Shown: piece after piece, positions 30,977 to 33,099 of the stretch
Position numbering within the stretch: the first letter of the stretch is position 1
Layout: each line of letters opens with the position of its first letter
Virus record (IMG/VR): IMGVR_UViG_3300045988_127900
Source of the DNA: a virus
Reading direction: 5' to 3' (one strand)
Length of the DNA stretch: 33,099 bases
The notes under the pieces: generated by a model
Database searches by the model: none
Told to the model about the DNA's origin: nothing
What the model saw: only the letters and a program-made list of their open reading frames with translations
Made by a program: the position numbers and the translations under genes

Positions 30977-31594
30977 TCATATCACCTCCTGTTTAGGGTA
31001 TAATGTTACCCTTTCAGCACTTTTGTTGTTTCCACTAGCTAGTATTATTTCCCCAAAACATGTTATGTCTTTAGGTGTATAAGGGTATATAGTAACTATT
31101 TCTCCTGTGCTGGTCATTGCTCCTGCATAAAGTCCGTTTTGATTATATAAAACTCTCTCAAATTTATGTTCTAAATGTGCAGGTTTTATTTCTTCTATTT
31201 TCTTATCTAACTCTAAAATAGTGCTATAACTACAATCATTTGTTATAAAGCTAAGTGTAAAACTAAATAGATTACTAAATACTTTTACATCAACATTAGT
31301 CTTTGTATAAGCCTCTCCTATAGCTTTTATAACTTCTATAGTAGTTGTACCCTTGCCACGCATCTTTGCTTTTATATTACTTCTTCTATCTTCTATACTT
31401 AAATCACATCTGTTTTTAATAGATAAAATGTTCTCCCAATAGTCAAGTCCCCACGTTGCAGTATCTACAAAAAACTGGTCAAAGGTATCGTCATAAGTTT
31501 CTCTAAGTGTTTCTAGTTCTATGTCATAAGCTTCTTGTATTTTACTAGTAATAGAATTGTTATAAAAATAAGGTAACTTATCAATTAACTTCAT
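30977..31594 (-). CDS. XkdU-like baseplate protein (DUF2313-type)
   Basis: LPYFYNNS...FFVDTATWGLDYWENIL matches the YmfQ/XkdU pattern. Follows the baseplate J gene. Confidence 0.7.
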   Translation of the reverse strand: MKLIDKLPYFYNNSITSKIQEAYDIELETLRETYDDTFDQFFVDTATWGLDYWENILSIKNRCDLSIEDRRSNIKAKMRGKGTTTIEVIKAIGEAYTKTNVDVKVFSNLFSFTLSFITNDCSYSTILELDKKIEEIKPAHLEHKFERVLYNQNGLYAGAMTSTGEIVTIYPYTPKDITCFGEIILASGNNKSAERVTLYPKQEVI

Positions 31595-32661
31595 TGAACC
31601 ACCTCACTAAAATTTAGAGTAGTTACACTTGGTACTTTGTCTTCTTCAAATACTATATTTTCAGCTTTATTATTTAATAATAAATTACTAAAGTCATGTA
31701 AACCTTCTGTACTTGCAAGTATTGCACTTACTTTAGTGTAAATTATTTCTTTATTAACATTTATTAAGTAACTATTAATGCTTTCTAAGAAGCTTTCTTT
31801 TACAAAATCTAGTGTATAACCTGCTTCTAGTTTTATAGATGCACTTATATTTATATCTAAAATAGTTGGAGTTAGAACTGTTAATGCAGGACCTATTGGC
31901 ATTTCTATCTCAATATGTTCTTTGCATCTTTCAATTACTTCTGTGTCAACAGCTTGATTATTTTCTCCAAATATTAATACCTTTACCGTTCCTGGTCCAT
32001 CCCATCTTGGATAAATTTTAGCATTATATACTCCTTCAACTTCTAAAGCCCATGCTTCATAGTGTGCCTTATTTCCACTTGTAGCTTGATTTTTCTGTAT
32101 TTTATAGAATCTCTCTTTTAATTCTTCGTCTGTTTCTATTTCTGTACCACCTTTAAAGTCTAAATTATTATATATTTTACTTATACCGTTTATTTCGTCT
32201 TGTAGCTTAAATTCTGTATTTGCAGGTATATTATATCTAATTCCAATTTCTAAAGCCTGTACGGGGCTTGTATTTTGTTCGATTTCTGAACTAATTACTA
32301 TATCTTTAATTACTACGAATAATAGCTCATTGTAAGATATAATTGTTCCGTTTTGAACAATTGTTCCAGCTTTTCCTTCAAATATTACCTCTCCAGTTGC
32401 TTCTGTTCCTAACTTTCTATATACTCCAAACTCATTTACTCTCTTATCTAAAAAATCGTCGAAGTTATCTTCAATAAAAGCTTTTTTATGAAGATATGAA
32501 AGTTCTATATAGAATTTTGCGAGTTCTGTACTGATTGGAGATACTATATCACTTAAAAAAGAACCCTCACTCTTATAGATATCTAAATCTATATTTGATA
32601 GAGTTCTATTTTTAATAACGTCATATGTTTGACTACTATACATTAACTTCCACCTCCCCAT
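31591..32661 (-). CDS. Baseplate J-like protein (XkdT-like)
   Basis: 356 aa. Called from position and size. 4-nt overlap with the downstream gene. Confidence 0.8.
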   Translation of the reverse strand: MGRWKLMYSSQTYDVIKNRTLSNIDLDIYKSEGSFLSDIVSPISTELAKFYIELSYLHKKAFIEDNFDDFLDKRVNEFGVYRKLGTEATGEVIFEGKAGTIVQNGTIISYNELLFVVIKDIVISSEIEQNTSPVQALEIGIRYNIPANTEFKLQDEINGISKIYNNLDFKGGTEIETDEELKERFYKIQKNQATSGNKAHYEAWALEVEGVYNAKIYPRWDGPGTVKVLIFGENNQAVDTEVIERCKEHIEIEMPIGPALTVLTPTILDINISASIKLEAGYTLDFVKESFLESINSYLINVNKEIIYTKVSAILASTEGLHDFSNLLLNNKAENIVFEEDKVPSVTTLNFSEVVQ

Positions 32662-33064
32662 AAATTGTTGAAATTTCTATATCTACACTTAATAAATCAT
32701 CTGTAAATTTTGTATTCTTGACATTGATATCTAATATATATGGATTAACTAATAAAGCCTCTTTTATATATCTACTAGCTTCACTTTCTGTAAGTCCTTT
32801 GCTGTATTTTTGACCTATAAGCTCTGAAAGTTCTGTTCCATAACCCCATGAATAAATCTCATGCTCATACTTGTTAGTTTTTATACATTTATACACCCAA
32901 ACTTTTATAGCTTCATTGCCCTCAATGACCTTAAAATCTCCATTTTCCACAACTGGTTCATCTTTTTCAAAATTCCAAGCCACTTCTCTAAATAATTCTA
33001 ATTCTTCTGTTTTCGGTATTTCATAATCTTCTGGTACACCTATGAAAGGAAATATTGTACTCAT
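32636..33064 (-). CDS. XkdS-like baseplate protein (DUF2634-type)
   Basis: EVAWNFEKDEP...EAIKVWVYKCIKTNKYEHEIYSWGYGTELSELIG. Its ATG lies within the terminal overlap. Confidence 0.7.
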   Translation of the reverse strand: MSTIFPFIGVPEDYEIPKTEELELFREVAWNFEKDEPVVENGDFKVIEGNEAIKVWVYKCIKTNKYEHEIYSWGYGTELSELIGQKYSKGLTESEASRYIKEALLVNPYILDINVKNTKFTDDLLSVDIEISTIYGEVEVNV

Positions 33065-33099
33065 TATAAGCTCACCAACTTACTTACAACAGCAAATTT
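33045..33099. repeat. Terminal overlap, second copy (identical to nt 1-55)
   Basis: See feature 1-55. Confidence 0.95.

Overview
The window is one complete, circularly closed genome. Nt 1-55 are identical to nt 33045-33099, giving a unit length of 33,044 bp. It is very AT-rich and is a temperate contractile-tailed phage of the PBSX/Xkd type. The endolysin matches my recollection of the Clostridioides difficile phage lysin CD27L, so a C. difficile host is likely, but this is unverified without a search.

About 20 kb is a single minus-strand late operon. It starts near 13963 and runs HNH, TerS, TerL, portal, ClpP-like protease, HK97 capsid, connectors, sheath, tube, frameshifted chaperone, tape measure and XkdP/Q/R. 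It then crosses the circular junction and continues XkdS/T/U, two fibre proteins, XhlA, holin and amidase, ending at a 14-bp-stem terminator at 27324-27359.

The remaining ~13 kb (13964-27345) is the accessory and lysogeny part. It looks like a phage-plasmid rather than an integrating prophage.
- There is no full-length integrase, only a 186-aa catalytic-domain tyrosine recombinase.
- A ParA plus ribbon-helix-helix partition operon is flanked by AATATTG-box clusters.
- A type I toxin-antitoxin-like module is present.
- An SF2 helicase has a long leader that faces a convergent structured small RNA, a ctRNA-like layout.
- A DnaQ-like exonuclease is present.

The most unusual region is 25026-27345. 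It holds two copies of a ~100-bp promoter/operator/RBS module and five copies of an 18-bp operator-like motif. It also holds three small acidic proteins, an AP2-domain protein and a small HTH protein. At the 3' end of one operon there are four ~68-bp tandem units, each containing a 29-nt element that resembles (from memory) the C. difficile type I-B CRISPR repeat. No cas genes are present and the 'spacers' are related to each other. I read this as a candidate counter-CRISPR (Acr/Aca plus repeat-mimic RNA) island. Replication iterons are the main alternative.

All calls come from reading the sequence and the ORF track. No database search was possible.
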